From Fidelibacterota bacterium (GTDB taxonomy: Bacteria > Fidelibacterota > UBA8477 > JABMPR01): 64,000 bases of DNA. Location: positions 2,516-66,515 of the forward strand of contig JABHBL010000088.1 in assembly GCA_018673925.1 (NCBI GenBank), in the 5' to 3' direction. Of the stretch, positions 9,169-18,800 are shown one piece after another; the first letter of the stretch is position 1; each line of letters opens with the position of its first letter. The notes under the pieces are model-generated. The model did not search any database. It saw nothing but the letters and a program-made list of their open reading frames with translations, and was not told the DNA's origin. The position numbers and the translations under genes were made by a program.

Positions 9169-10980
9169 TTAATTGGCCCCGGGCAACCAGAGCACCAACC
9201 CAGGTACATACGTGATGACAAGGACCATCACCAGAAGTAGAATGAAAAAGGGCAGAGTGTCCTTATACACCTGGGGTAAAGGTCGTTCGAAACGAATAGC
9301 TGAGAGGAAGAGATTCATCCCCACAGGGGGAGTAAGATAACCAAGTTCCAGGTTGGCCAGAAAAATGATACCAAGATGTAGGGGGTGCACTCCAAAGACG
9401 GCTGCCATGGGAATGATAATGGGTACCACTACCATGATGGCAGAGAAAATATCCATGAGGCAACCCACAATGAGCAAGAATAGATTGAGGAAGAGCAGAA
9501 AAGTAATTTTGCTATCGATATTGGCTGCCACCCACTCACTCGCTCGAGTTGGAATCTCGGCATCCACCAGATAGTTGGTAAAGCCCATCGACACACTCAG
9601 GATTATGAGAATACCTCCCAGAAGGGTAGCACTCTTCACAGTGATACCTAGTAGATGTCCCCGGATTCGTATATCCCTGTGCACAAGCACACCAATGATC
9701 AGGATGTATACAACTACTACAGCTGCAGTCTCAACCAGAGTCATGATGCCGCTAAAAATGCCTCCCAGAGCAATAACCGGAATCAATATTTCCCATTTGG
9801 CATGCATAATGGCCTGCCAGGCAGCTTTTTTATTGAAGGGAAGTTTTTTGATGTTCATGTTGGAACTTCTATACCAGGCATATATGGAAACGGCAGCCAG
9901 AAGCAGCAGACCTGGTACCACTCCTGCGAGAAAAAGTTGATTTATGGGTGTGTGGGAAATGACACCGTAAAAAATGATGGGTAAAGCAGGTGGAAAAAGC
10001 AAACCGAGACTGCCAGTGGCTGTGACCAGACCAACCGCAAAGCTTTTATTAAATCCTGATGCCAGGAGTACGGGTAATAACAGCCCACCCACGGCTAATA
10101 TTGTGACCCCAGAAGCGCCTGTAAATGTGGTGAAAAATGTACACACAAATGCGGTAGCTATGGCTGGTCCAGCCGGGAGCCATCCCAACAAATGCTTGAA
10201 TAATTCCACTATCCGTTTGCTGGCGCCCCCTTCAGCCAACATGTATCCAGCCAACGTGAAGAGAGGTATGGTGGGCAAAACAGGTGAAGCCACTATGCGG
10301 TAGGTTTCCACAGAGATGGCTGCGATAGAAATATCTTCAGCTAAAAAAAGCACAAGGGCAATCCCCCCGATCCAGGCGAAAATGGGTAGACCGAATATTG
10401 AGGCTGCCAGAAAACCAATCACGATTGGAATAATAAGACTAGACAATAATTCAGGAGATGCCCACCAGGCAAAAATGGAGAGTATACTTGCCACACCTAA
10501 GGCAATAAAACGCGTTCGAAGGTTACCGATGTTTGTGAGTTCTCTCAAGGCCACACCCAGATAACCCACAGGAATAATGACAAGGACCATCCAGATGGGT
10601 ATTGTCTGACCCACCATCGTGGGGGAATAATATTCTACCTGTACAAAGTAGATACCAGCATAGGTCAAACCAATGCACACTGCGATGGTGACCCCCTTGA
10701 CAAATGCTATCATTTCAGAGCGAATGTGGGGAGGGATATATTCCATCACTGCATTGATGCTTAAATGGCTCCCCTCACGACTCGTAATAATCGCGCCCAG
10801 GAGACCAACGATAAGTGTGAGATGACGAGTGTAATCCGTGGATCCTGATATCCCGAAGGCCCCAATGGTGCGGGAAATAATCTCCAGAACTGGAAATGCG
10901 GCCATGAGGAATAGACATAGAGCGAGAACAATGTTCTCTACATTGGCAATATATCCATTAGCACGTGACCAGAATTTCAT
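9169..10980 (-). CDS. dctM: TRAP transporter fused small/large permease (DctQM, TatQM)
   Basis: N-terminal DctQ-like region (REGSHLSI) fused to DctM motifs (IPLFTLAG, TGASG, GLLFPP, GYLTPPVGMNLF). Confidence 0.9.
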   Translation of the reverse strand: MKFWSRANGYIANVENIVLALCLFLMAAFPVLEIISRTIGAFGISGSTDYTRHLTLIVGLLGAIITSREGSHLSINAVMEYIPPHIRSEMIAFVKGVTIAVCIGLTYAGIYFVQVEYYSPTMVGQTIPIWMVLVIIPVGYLGVALRELTNIGNLRTRFIALGVASILSIFAWWASPELLSSLIIPIVIGFLAASIFGLPIFAWIGGIALVLFLAEDISIAAISVETYRIVASPVLPTIPLFTLAGYMLAEGGASKRIVELFKHLLGWLPAGPAIATAFVCTFFTTFTGASGVTILAVGGLLLPVLLASGFNKSFAVGLVTATGSLGLLFPPALPIIFYGVISHTPINQLFLAGVVPGLLLLAAVSIYAWYRSSNMNIKKLPFNKKAAWQAIMHAKWEILIPVIALGGIFSGIMTLVETAAVVVVYILIIGVLVHRDIRIRGHLLGITVKSATLLGGILIILSVSMGFTNYLVDAEIPTRASEWVAANIDSKITFLLFLNLFLLIVGCLMDIFSAIMVVVPIIIPMAAVFGVHPLHLGIIFLANLELGYLTPPVGMNLFLSAIRFERPLPQVYKDTLPFFILLLVMVLVITYVPGLVLWLPGAN

Positions 10981-10986
10981 AATGAC

Positions 10987-11985
10987 CTATTCTTTTGGTT
11001 TGCTGCGAAACGCTTCCAGAATACCCTTCACTTGTAGATAGAGTTCCTCCGGTACTTCCTTCTCAAAGATCTCAGGGTACATATGGGTCTCCACCATTTC
11101 TAACCACGCAGCTCTCGCATCTTCAGGAGCGGGAGTTAAAGTGAGTCCATTTTCCTGCATGACTTTCATGGCCTCTATTTCAAGACCTACAACTTCTTTG
11201 GAAAGTGCCAACCCTCGTTCCCCAGACTTTTTCAAAAGCGGTGCATGCAATTCTTTAGAGATTTTATTCCACTTTTTCTTGGTAATAATGATCGCGCCAG
11301 GCAAAGGACCCGCTTTCAAATCAGTAACAAAAGGAACTGCTGGGAACCACTGATAGCTCAGTGCGATGATGGGAGTTGTGGTCAGAGTCGTGATGAGACC
11401 CGTTTGAAGTGACATAAATATATCTGGTGCTGCGACTTCAACTGCATTATACCCGGCATCCATCCAACCTCGTTTGCCTGAGCCCCCGGCCCAGATAAAA
11501 ATGATCTGATTCGTTTTATTGAGATCTTCAGGATAAATCACTGGCGCATTGGTAAAGAGACGGGCCCAACCTGCATCGCTCCAGGATAGGAGTATAAAAC
11601 CCCGTTTCTCCAGTAAATCAATCAAATATTCAGATAACTCATCACGGACATGGTTGAGTTCGGCATCAGTTTGAATCATCATTGGCATGCGTAATACATC
11701 CATTTCAGGGATGATGTACATTAGTCCTTCGATGGTGAGGGCAGCGGCGTGCAATTGTCCAATTCGCATTTTGCGAACCATATCAGCTTCATCTCCAAGA
11801 ATGCCACCGGCGTACAGTTTCATTTTTATCTCACCGTCAGAAATTTTGGACCAATCCTCTCCCAGCGTTAACATGGTTTCATGCCAGGGCGAATTCACAG
11901 GTGCTAATGAGCCTAGTTTTACTGTCTGTGACCAGACCAGGGTTGTCATCATTGTAATCGCTAAGACAGCTCTGTTGATTCGCAT
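10987..11985 (-). CDS. dctP: TRAP substrate-binding protein DctP (TatP of a TPAT system)
   Basis: Signal peptide, VKLGSLAPVNSPW, YAGGILGDEADMVRKMRIGQL; start placed at ATG 11985, just after the TatT stop and a GAGGA RBS. Confidence 0.88.
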   Translation of the reverse strand: MRINRAVLAITMMTTLVWSQTVKLGSLAPVNSPWHETMLTLGEDWSKISDGEIKMKLYAGGILGDEADMVRKMRIGQLHAAALTIEGLMYIIPEMDVLRMPMMIQTDAELNHVRDELSEYLIDLLEKRGFILLSWSDAGWARLFTNAPVIYPEDLNKTNQIIFIWAGGSGKRGWMDAGYNAVEVAAPDIFMSLQTGLITTLTTTPIIALSYQWFPAVPFVTDLKAGPLPGAIIITKKKWNKISKELHAPLLKKSGERGLALSKEVVGLEIEAMKVMQENGLTLTPAPEDARAAWLEMVETHMYPEIFEKEVPEELYLQVKGILEAFRSKPKE

Positions 11986-11986
11986 A

Positions 11987-12925
11987 TTAATCATCCTCTT
12001 CATCTTCTTCATCAATCAAAAAGTAGTCACCTTCATTTTTGAGATACCAATGGGCTTTTCTCTGGGCAATCGTGTTTTCAAGCTTGTACTGAGGATAGGC
12101 ATTGACATCAATAGCCAGCGCTTGACTCAGCAAACCTCGGTAAGCTTCAAGATCCTGGTTTTGTATGGCGACGGTGGTAGCCAGTGCAACATGTGGACTT
12201 GCCTTCCTGCCCTCGGTTAATTCCAAAGCACGGACATAGTGGGCTCTTGCTTTTTCAGCACCTCCGCCCATGGCTTCACTCCTGCTACCATCATATGTTA
12301 CAAAGAATTCATGGAGAGCTCCCTCCCCATAGCTCTCATCTAATTCAAGACATCTCAGAAGAACCTTCTCAGCATATTGCAGCTCAGCCAATAAGCTCAG
12401 ATCTGTCATGGTAATGGAAATGGCTCCTACCCAGGAGAGTCCTAGCCAGTAGAGTGTGGGCACATCTTCAACTGTCATTTGAGCCAGTACGACCTCAGGT
12501 TGCTCAAAGATTCTCATTTTAAAACCGGGTGAATCGACTTCCATGGCCCGGAAGGCATAATAGCGACTACGGAGATACAATTTCTTTGCGTATGATTTTA
12601 ATTCCTTGGACCGTTTTGAATTCCAGGGGGTCAATGTATCAGCGGGGAGTTGCACAAAAGCATAGGAGTATTGAGCATATCCCGAAGCGAGAGCCAGGAG
12701 TAATCCCTTATGCTCAGGTGTTTGTTCCAGCAGGGCTTCATTCAACTTGAGTCCAAAGGGGACTGCCTCGGCTACAAACTCAGGTAAATCATCTGAGGCA
12801 AATACACCTGAAGTTGATCCCGACATTGCATCCGCCACGGAGTTGATTGCCATTTTCTGGACGGAGCAAGAGAACAGTCCACTGACAGTCAGAATTATAA
12901 CAAACAGTTTTCCAGGTTTTCCCAT
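11987..12925 (-). CDS. TRAP transporter TatT component (TPR-like lipoprotein)
   Basis: Lipobox LFSC; LASGYAQYSYAFV, LYWLGLSW, MGGGAEKARAHY, ENTIAQRKA resemble the TatT (Tp0956) family; directly upstream of dctP-dctQM. Confidence 0.85.
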   Translation of the reverse strand: MGKPGKLFVIILTVSGLFSCSVQKMAINSVADAMSGSTSGVFASDDLPEFVAEAVPFGLKLNEALLEQTPEHKGLLLALASGYAQYSYAFVQLPADTLTPWNSKRSKELKSYAKKLYLRSRYYAFRAMEVDSPGFKMRIFEQPEVVLAQMTVEDVPTLYWLGLSWVGAISITMTDLSLLAELQYAEKVLLRCLELDESYGEGALHEFFVTYDGSRSEAMGGGAEKARAHYVRALELTEGRKASPHVALATTVAIQNQDLEAYRGLLSQALAIDVNAYPQYKLENTIAQRKAHWYLKNEGDYFLIDEEDEEDD

Positions 12926-13224
12926 GAGACCTCCTCATGTATGATGTCGGGATTAGAGAGGTTGACCTCTCAGATAATTGCATTTCAACTTTTAAATCTA
13001 TTTAAGCCGAAGCTCAATTCAGAATTTTGTATTTAGACCGAAGTCAGAAAAATATAGAGCCAATTGTACTGCCTGGTAGAATGAATCTAAAATAAATCTG
13101 CTGTCATCAAAGAGTTACATAATTGGTAATTAATAAAACTCCCCTTAGAGTCATTCCTAAAACTCTGATTTCTTCGTAAAACTTCCCATAAGATTAACCC
13201 ACAACGTGAAGAAATACTGTCACA

Positions 13225-13258
13225 GATGGAACCAAAACTATCCTATATGGAACATTTA
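13225..13258. promoter_or_regulatory. TGGAAC direct-repeat pair at 21-bp period (putative HTCS/AraC operator)
   Basis: TGGAAC at 13227 and 13248; ATATGGAACATTTA (13245-13258) is identical to 15791-15804. Confidence 0.55.
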
Positions 13259-13405
13259 ATGGGTTGGTCATGCAATATGTGTCAAAAAAAGTACTGGTGA
13301 CTTCCTACCCCCAGTTGATGTTTATCTATTGAAGTTGATTGTCTCGATAGCAGAATAAATTATTTTCCCACCTGAAGTTGTTGATAAATACACAATGGAG
13401 CATTC

Positions 13406-14323
13406 ATGAGAATTCAATTATATCTACTGTCAATTTTATTTTTCCTATCTGCCTGCGTCACAACGCCACCTGCCCCAGCAGGGAAAATAATTGAATACGA
13501 AAAACAGATCGGTATCTGGCATCAAACCAGAAACGAACGACTCAACCAACCCACGGGTTGGCTTACCCTATCAGGTCTCTTCTGGCTGGAAAATGGCGAC
13601 AATCTATTTGGGAGTGATATTGAGAATGATCTCGTATATCCTGGTGAAAGCGTTCCAGACTACATGGGTGTTTTGCATTTGGAGGGTGATAGTGTATCAA
13701 TCAATGTGGCTGATGGCATTCATATTTTCCTCCACGACTCGCTTATCACTAAAAGTGATCTTAAAAAGGATAGCGATGGTGAACCAGATATTCTCACCTG
13801 GGATAATCTCAGCTGGTACATCATTCAGAGGGGTGATCGTGTCGGTGTTCGTCTTAGAGATTCCCAACACCCCAATTATGTGAACTTCGTGCCAACGGAA
13901 TTATTTCCCATCGATAGCAGCTGGAGAGTTCCTGCCACGCTGGAAACTTTCGACACCCTCAGGACAGTTGATATTGTGAATGTTCTCGGCGACACCAGTC
14001 CCGGCTCTACCCCAGGTATCCTACATTTTGAAATAAATGGAAAAGCGCTCAGGCTAACTCCACTTGCTGATCCTGGTGATGAGAACTACTTCATTATTTT
14101 TGGAGATGCTACCAATGGTTTAAGTACCTATGGTGCAGGGAGATTTCTTGTGATTCCTGCCGTTGATAAAGATGGAAAAACATTTATTGATTTCAATAAA
14201 TCATATAACATGCCCTGTGCTTTTTCACCATACGCAACCTGTCCCCTGCCTCCTGAAGAAAACCAGCTGACAATTGCCATAAAGGCCGGTGAATTAGACT
14301 ACAAAATTGAGGGCGGACATTAG
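13406..14323 (+). CDS. DUF1684 family lipoprotein
   Basis: Lipobox LSAC; GWLTLSGLFWL, FGDATNGLSTYGAGRFL, DFNKSYNMPCAFSPYATCPLPP. Confidence 0.9.
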   Translation: MRIQLYLLSILFFLSACVTTPPAPAGKIIEYEKQIGIWHQTRNERLNQPTGWLTLSGLFWLENGDNLFGSDIENDLVYPGESVPDYMGVLHLEGDSVSINVADGIHIFLHDSLITKSDLKKDSDGEPDILTWDNLSWYIIQRGDRVGVRLRDSQHPNYVNFVPTELFPIDSSWRVPATLETFDTLRTVDIVNVLGDTSPGSTPGILHFEINGKALRLTPLADPGDENYFIIFGDATNGLSTYGAGRFLVIPAVDKDGKTFIDFNKSYNMPCAFSPYATCPLPPEENQLTIAIKAGELDYKIEGGH

Positions 14324-14397
14324 CAGTCTGGTATAATAAAGTCAGCTTCTCCGAGGAATAACTCTTATTATATATCAGGTCTCTCGACAGGGTCTTG

Positions 14398-14434
14398 AAA
14401 CAAATCATCCAGGAATTTCCTGGATGATTTGTTT
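14398..14434. terminator. Perfect 17-bp inverted repeat between convergent genes
   Basis: AAACAAATCATCCAGGA-ATT-TCCTGGATGATTTGTTT. Confidence 0.75.
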
Positions 14435-14450
14435 AGCTGTGCTATCAGAT

Positions 14451-15707
14451 TTATTTCAAATATACCATTTTAATAGTCTTGCTATGTGACCCAGCTTGAA
14501 AACGACAGATATACATACCAGTGCTTACGAGATTGCCTGAAATATCTATACCATTCCATTGTGCTGTATAATTACCTGCTGGTTGAACCCTGTTACTCAA
14601 GATAGTGATCTGTCGACCATGGATATCGAAAACAGTCAAACGAACATTTGACTCTACGGGCAATTCGTATCTAATACTGGTCGTAGGATTGAAGGGATTT
14701 GGATAATTCTGATATAATTGAAACTGATTCGGGTTTACTATATCTGTGTTCTTAACTGATACTGTACTTGAGGTGGCATAATTAATGGTAGAATTGGAAG
14801 AGGGTCGCCCTGCATACCACAAATGAAAAACACCATCTTCATAGATGGCAGAAGATTCCCATATACCTAGACTATCATAAGCCTCAGGACCACACATCAG
14901 GACCGGGTTGTCCGCATATCTAGTCCAATTGATTCCATCATCAGACGTTGCGTAGCCTTTGTGCCAGGTTCCACTTGCAGGACTTGCCTGTGTGGCTCCA
15001 GTATACCACATATGATATAAATTGTTGGCAAAAATTACTTCCGGTTTTACGGCAAAAAGGTCCCATTCTCCAGGTGTGCCTGTAAAGACAGGGTTGTTCT
15101 CATATTTATTCCAATTGATCCCATCATCAGAGGTCGCGTAGCCAATACCTAGATTATTAAGATTAGCAAAATACCACATTTCATATGTTGTACCGTCAAA
15201 CAGGACTGAAGGACCCGTGATCACTTCGTTTCCCTCCCAGGTCTGAGATAGAACCATGACAGGATTGTTAGAATATTTGACCCAAATGACCCCATCATAA
15301 GAAGTAGCATAGCCGATGCCATGCACATCGCCTGCATCTATCCCATGATACCACATTTGGTAGCTGCTCCCATCAAACAGGATGCTGGATGCCTGCACAC
15401 CAGTGGCATCCCATTCACCAGGAGACCCTGTTAGAGCAGGATTATCATCATCCTTGACCCAATCGATCCCATCATCAGAGGTAGCATGGCCGATCTGATC
15501 GCTACCGGAGCCATTATCTCCAGCATACCACATCTCATACTCTGATCCATTGTATATGACACAGGGATAGAGCAAATAATCATCGTCCCATGACCCATTG
15601 CTACCAACTGTCATAACTGGATTACCATCGTACTTCACCCATTCTGTTTGTGCCAAAAGAGTTGAAGTTATCAAAATCATTATTAGGTATGAAAGTATGC
15701 GTTGCAT
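14451..15707 (-). CDS. Secreted five-bladed beta-propeller glycosidase-like protein (GH32/43/130-like repeats) with C-terminal secretion tail (T9SS type A / FlgD-like)
   Basis: Signal peptide; repeated W.KY..NPV, Y.MWY.G and IGYATS.DGI.W units; C-terminal QNYPNPFNPTTSIRYELP...KMVYLK; GGAGGAGG RBS before ATG 15707. Confidence 0.8.
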   Translation of the reverse strand: MQRILSYLIMILITSTLLAQTEWVKYDGNPVMTVGSNGSWDDDYLLYPCVIYNGSEYEMWYAGDNGSGSDQIGHATSDDGIDWVKDDDNPALTGSPGEWDATGVQASSILFDGSSYQMWYHGIDAGDVHGIGYATSYDGVIWVKYSNNPVMVLSQTWEGNEVITGPSVLFDGTTYEMWYFANLNNLGIGYATSDDGINWNKYENNPVFTGTPGEWDLFAVKPEVIFANNLYHMWYTGATQASPASGTWHKGYATSDDGINWTRYADNPVLMCGPEAYDSLGIWESSAIYEDGVFHLWYAGRPSSNSTINYATSSTVSVKNTDIVNPNQFQLYQNYPNPFNPTTSIRYELPVESNVRLTVFDIHGRQITILSNRVQPAGNYTAQWNGIDISGNLVSTGMYICRFQAGSHSKTIKMVYLK

Positions 15708-15770
15708 ATGCACCTCCTCCTTTTTTGCGTTGTTGGATTTTAAGGGCTTTGAAGCATTGATGCTAACACG

Positions 15771-15821
15771 TATGGAACATTCTTTAGCTCATATGGAACA
15801 TTTAGGTGGATTGTGGAACTT
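15771..15821 (-). promoter_or_regulatory. Three TGGAAC direct repeats at 21/20-bp period (putative HTCS/AraC operator)
   Basis: TATGGAACAT at 15771 and 15792, TGTGGAACTT at 15812, between the HTCS stop and the glycosidase start. Confidence 0.7.
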
Positions 15822-15877
15822 GGGGTTACAATTCAGAAGTTACGAGACACAGGTCAATCATGATTGGAAAACATTAT

Positions 15878-18800
15878 TCAATGTTCTTGATCATCAACTT
15901 TTTGGTCGGCCAAATAGGCTGATGGTGTTTTACCGAATTCCTCTTGAAAGGCTTTAGCGAAGAAAGATAGACTGGAGAAACCCGTTTGATAAGCAACTTG
16001 AGTCACTGTCGATTGGTGATTATCTAAGATAAGTGCAGCATTTTTAAGACGGATTGAACGAATGAATTCTGTCGCAGTACGATCCGTAAGAGCCTTTATT
16101 TTACGGTTTAGATGCTGCCGGCTCATGAAGATTTTCTTAGAGAGTGACTCCACATTGAATTCAAAATCAGCTAAATGTTTACCAATGATATCGAGAACCT
16201 TTTCCATAAACTGTTTATCCATTGAGGACAATTTGAGATTAGCAGGAATCAGGTGAGGATCGTGTCGGAATTGTACGCGGAGCAACTCTCTTTGCTCTAT
16301 GAGATTCCTGATCCGAATTAATAGCTCTTTTGCTTCAAAAGGCTTGGTGAGATAATCGTCAGCACCAGTTTCCAAGCCTTCCAGCTTGCTTTCCAAATCT
16401 GCCTTGGCAGTGAGCAGAATAACTGGAATATGACTGGTTCGTTCATCGGTTTTGATGCGCTTACAGAATTCTACACCATCCATTTTGGGCATCATAACAT
16501 CTGAAACAATCAGGTCTGGGATTAAATCCAGTCCCTGTTCCAATCCATTTTCACCGTCAATAGCTTCATGACAAGTGTAATCATTGTCCAAGTAGGATCG
16601 AATAAATCCCCGCACATCAGCATTGTCTTCAACTATGAGTAAAACCGGTCGTGATTCGTCGATAGCCCTCTGAGCTATGGATTGGGTAGATTCGTTTACT
16701 GGAATCTGATCCACCGGGGTGTCATCTCCATCATTCATTTCTGATTCATCAATTTCAGTGTTTGAGAAATGAGCTTTCCCTAGAGGTAAGCAAATTGTGA
16801 ATGTAGTTCCTTGACCTTCATCGCTGATGACCCCAATTGAACCTTTGTGTAGCTCTACCAGCTCACGCGTAAGAGCCAGACCAATTCCAGTCCCTTCCCG
16901 CTCCCGGGTCTCACTATTATCGACCTGATAGAAACGGTCAAATATTTTATTCAGCCGTTCAGCAGGAATACCGACACCATTGTCTGTAATGGCGATGCAG
17001 ATTTCTCCTACACTGTAAAGAACTGATTTGTCGGTAGCAGTGACATCAACCTGAATTGATCCCTCATATCTAGTAAACTTGAAAGCGTTGCTTAATAAAT
17101 TATTGATGATTTTGGTTATAGCATCTTTATCCACGTAGACTGGAATATCTTCCAAATCACTATTAAATGTGAGGGTGATTTTGTCGCGCTCGGCCAGTGA
17201 GGCAAAAGACAAAGTCAGACCTTTTAGCAGGGGAACAATATTGCGCTTGCTAGCCTGTATCTTCATTCTGCCCGCCTCCAGTTTGGAGAGATCCAGAAGC
17301 TGGGTAACCAACTCTAACAACCGTTTAGCCTGACGCTGCATAAGATTCAGATCCTGCATCGATTCAGTATCTTTGACCCTGGCTAACATTTTGCCGATGG
17401 GTCCCAGGATAAGGGTTAAGGGGGTTCTGAATTCGTGGGAGATATTGGCAAAGAAACGGGACTTTAGTTGATCCATCTCTGCATAACGCTCCGCTTCAAG
17501 ATGATCCACTTCAGCTTGATACTGTAGCCGAAGTCGAGCGAGTCGGATGCGATAAATTATCGTTACCACGGTAATTATTAAAATCAAATATCCGAAATAG
17601 GCCATGTCAGACTTCCACCAGGGTGGTGTGATTGTGATGTGAAGAGACACACCTTCTTCGTTCCACAAGCCATCATTGTTTGATCCTTTGACGTGGAAAA
17701 CATAATCACCGGGATCAAGGTTGGTATAAGTAGCTATGCGGCTTGTAGCGTTGGTATAGGTCCAATCTTCATTAAATCCTTCCATTTTGTAGGCATATTT
17801 GTTCTTCAAGGGATTTCGATAATCCAGAGCGGCAAATTCAATCGAAAACACATTATCCAGATAGCTCAATTCGATGGCATCAAGCCGAGAAATGATTTTT
17901 GGAAGATAGAATCCATATTCCCTGCTTTCTGAAAATGCCGAGTCTATTTGTACCGATTGACTGAACAATTGGAAGTCGGTGAGAACGATTGGTGGAATGT
18001 TGGGATTGTTTTTAATACTGTCTGGATGGAACCAGGTTATGCCATTGTCAGATCCAAAAAACAGTTCACCACGTTTCGTTATTGCTGCCGAGTTGCGTGC
18101 AAAACTGTTCGCAGCCAATCCGTCAGATTTATCGTAATTGCGAAAGGATTCGGCGTCAAGATCAAATCTCACCAACCCTTTGTCTGTCCCCATCCATAGA
18201 TCACCCTGTTTATCTTGTACAACCGAATTAATAACATCGCTGGCTAATCCCTTAGCCATGGTAAAATTGGTACAATCGTAAAGCCCAGGTAATGCCTGGT
18301 TTTTCACCAATCTGGTCAATCCAGATTCAGTGCCAATCCAGTAATTTCCAAGTACGCTCTCAGTGATTGCTGAGACACAAACACCTCGAAGTCCCACATC
18401 ACCCTCACTGGAAAACTGTGGCTTTTTCCAAGTCCCCAAGAAAGGATCAAATATGTACAAGCCATTGCGCCAGCTACCAACCCAGATTAAGCCTTCTACA
18501 TCTTGGTAGAGTGTGCGTACTGCTGTACCCTCCGGCAAATACTGCCCAAGAGGAGTACCATCAAGTGGATTGATCTCATGCATTTGCCAACGTGCCCCGA
18601 TCCAGACTCGCCCCTCTCGATCAGCTAGAACACACTGTATAGTTGCATCACCCACCTGAGATTGTGGAAATGGGTATTTGGTGTCCAATAATATTTTACC
18701 AGAACCAGTATCTATCTTGAATATATCCCTTGTAGTTACAGCCCAGATGTAACCGAATGTATCCTCGGCCAAGTCTTGGATGAGGTTGATTTTACTACTC

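Noticed and set aside
14770..15640. Repeated DNA segments (e.g. CCATCATCAGA) suggesting an array
   Set aside because: They encode the propeller blade repeats (ATSDDGI.W) of the glycosidase; not CRISPR.
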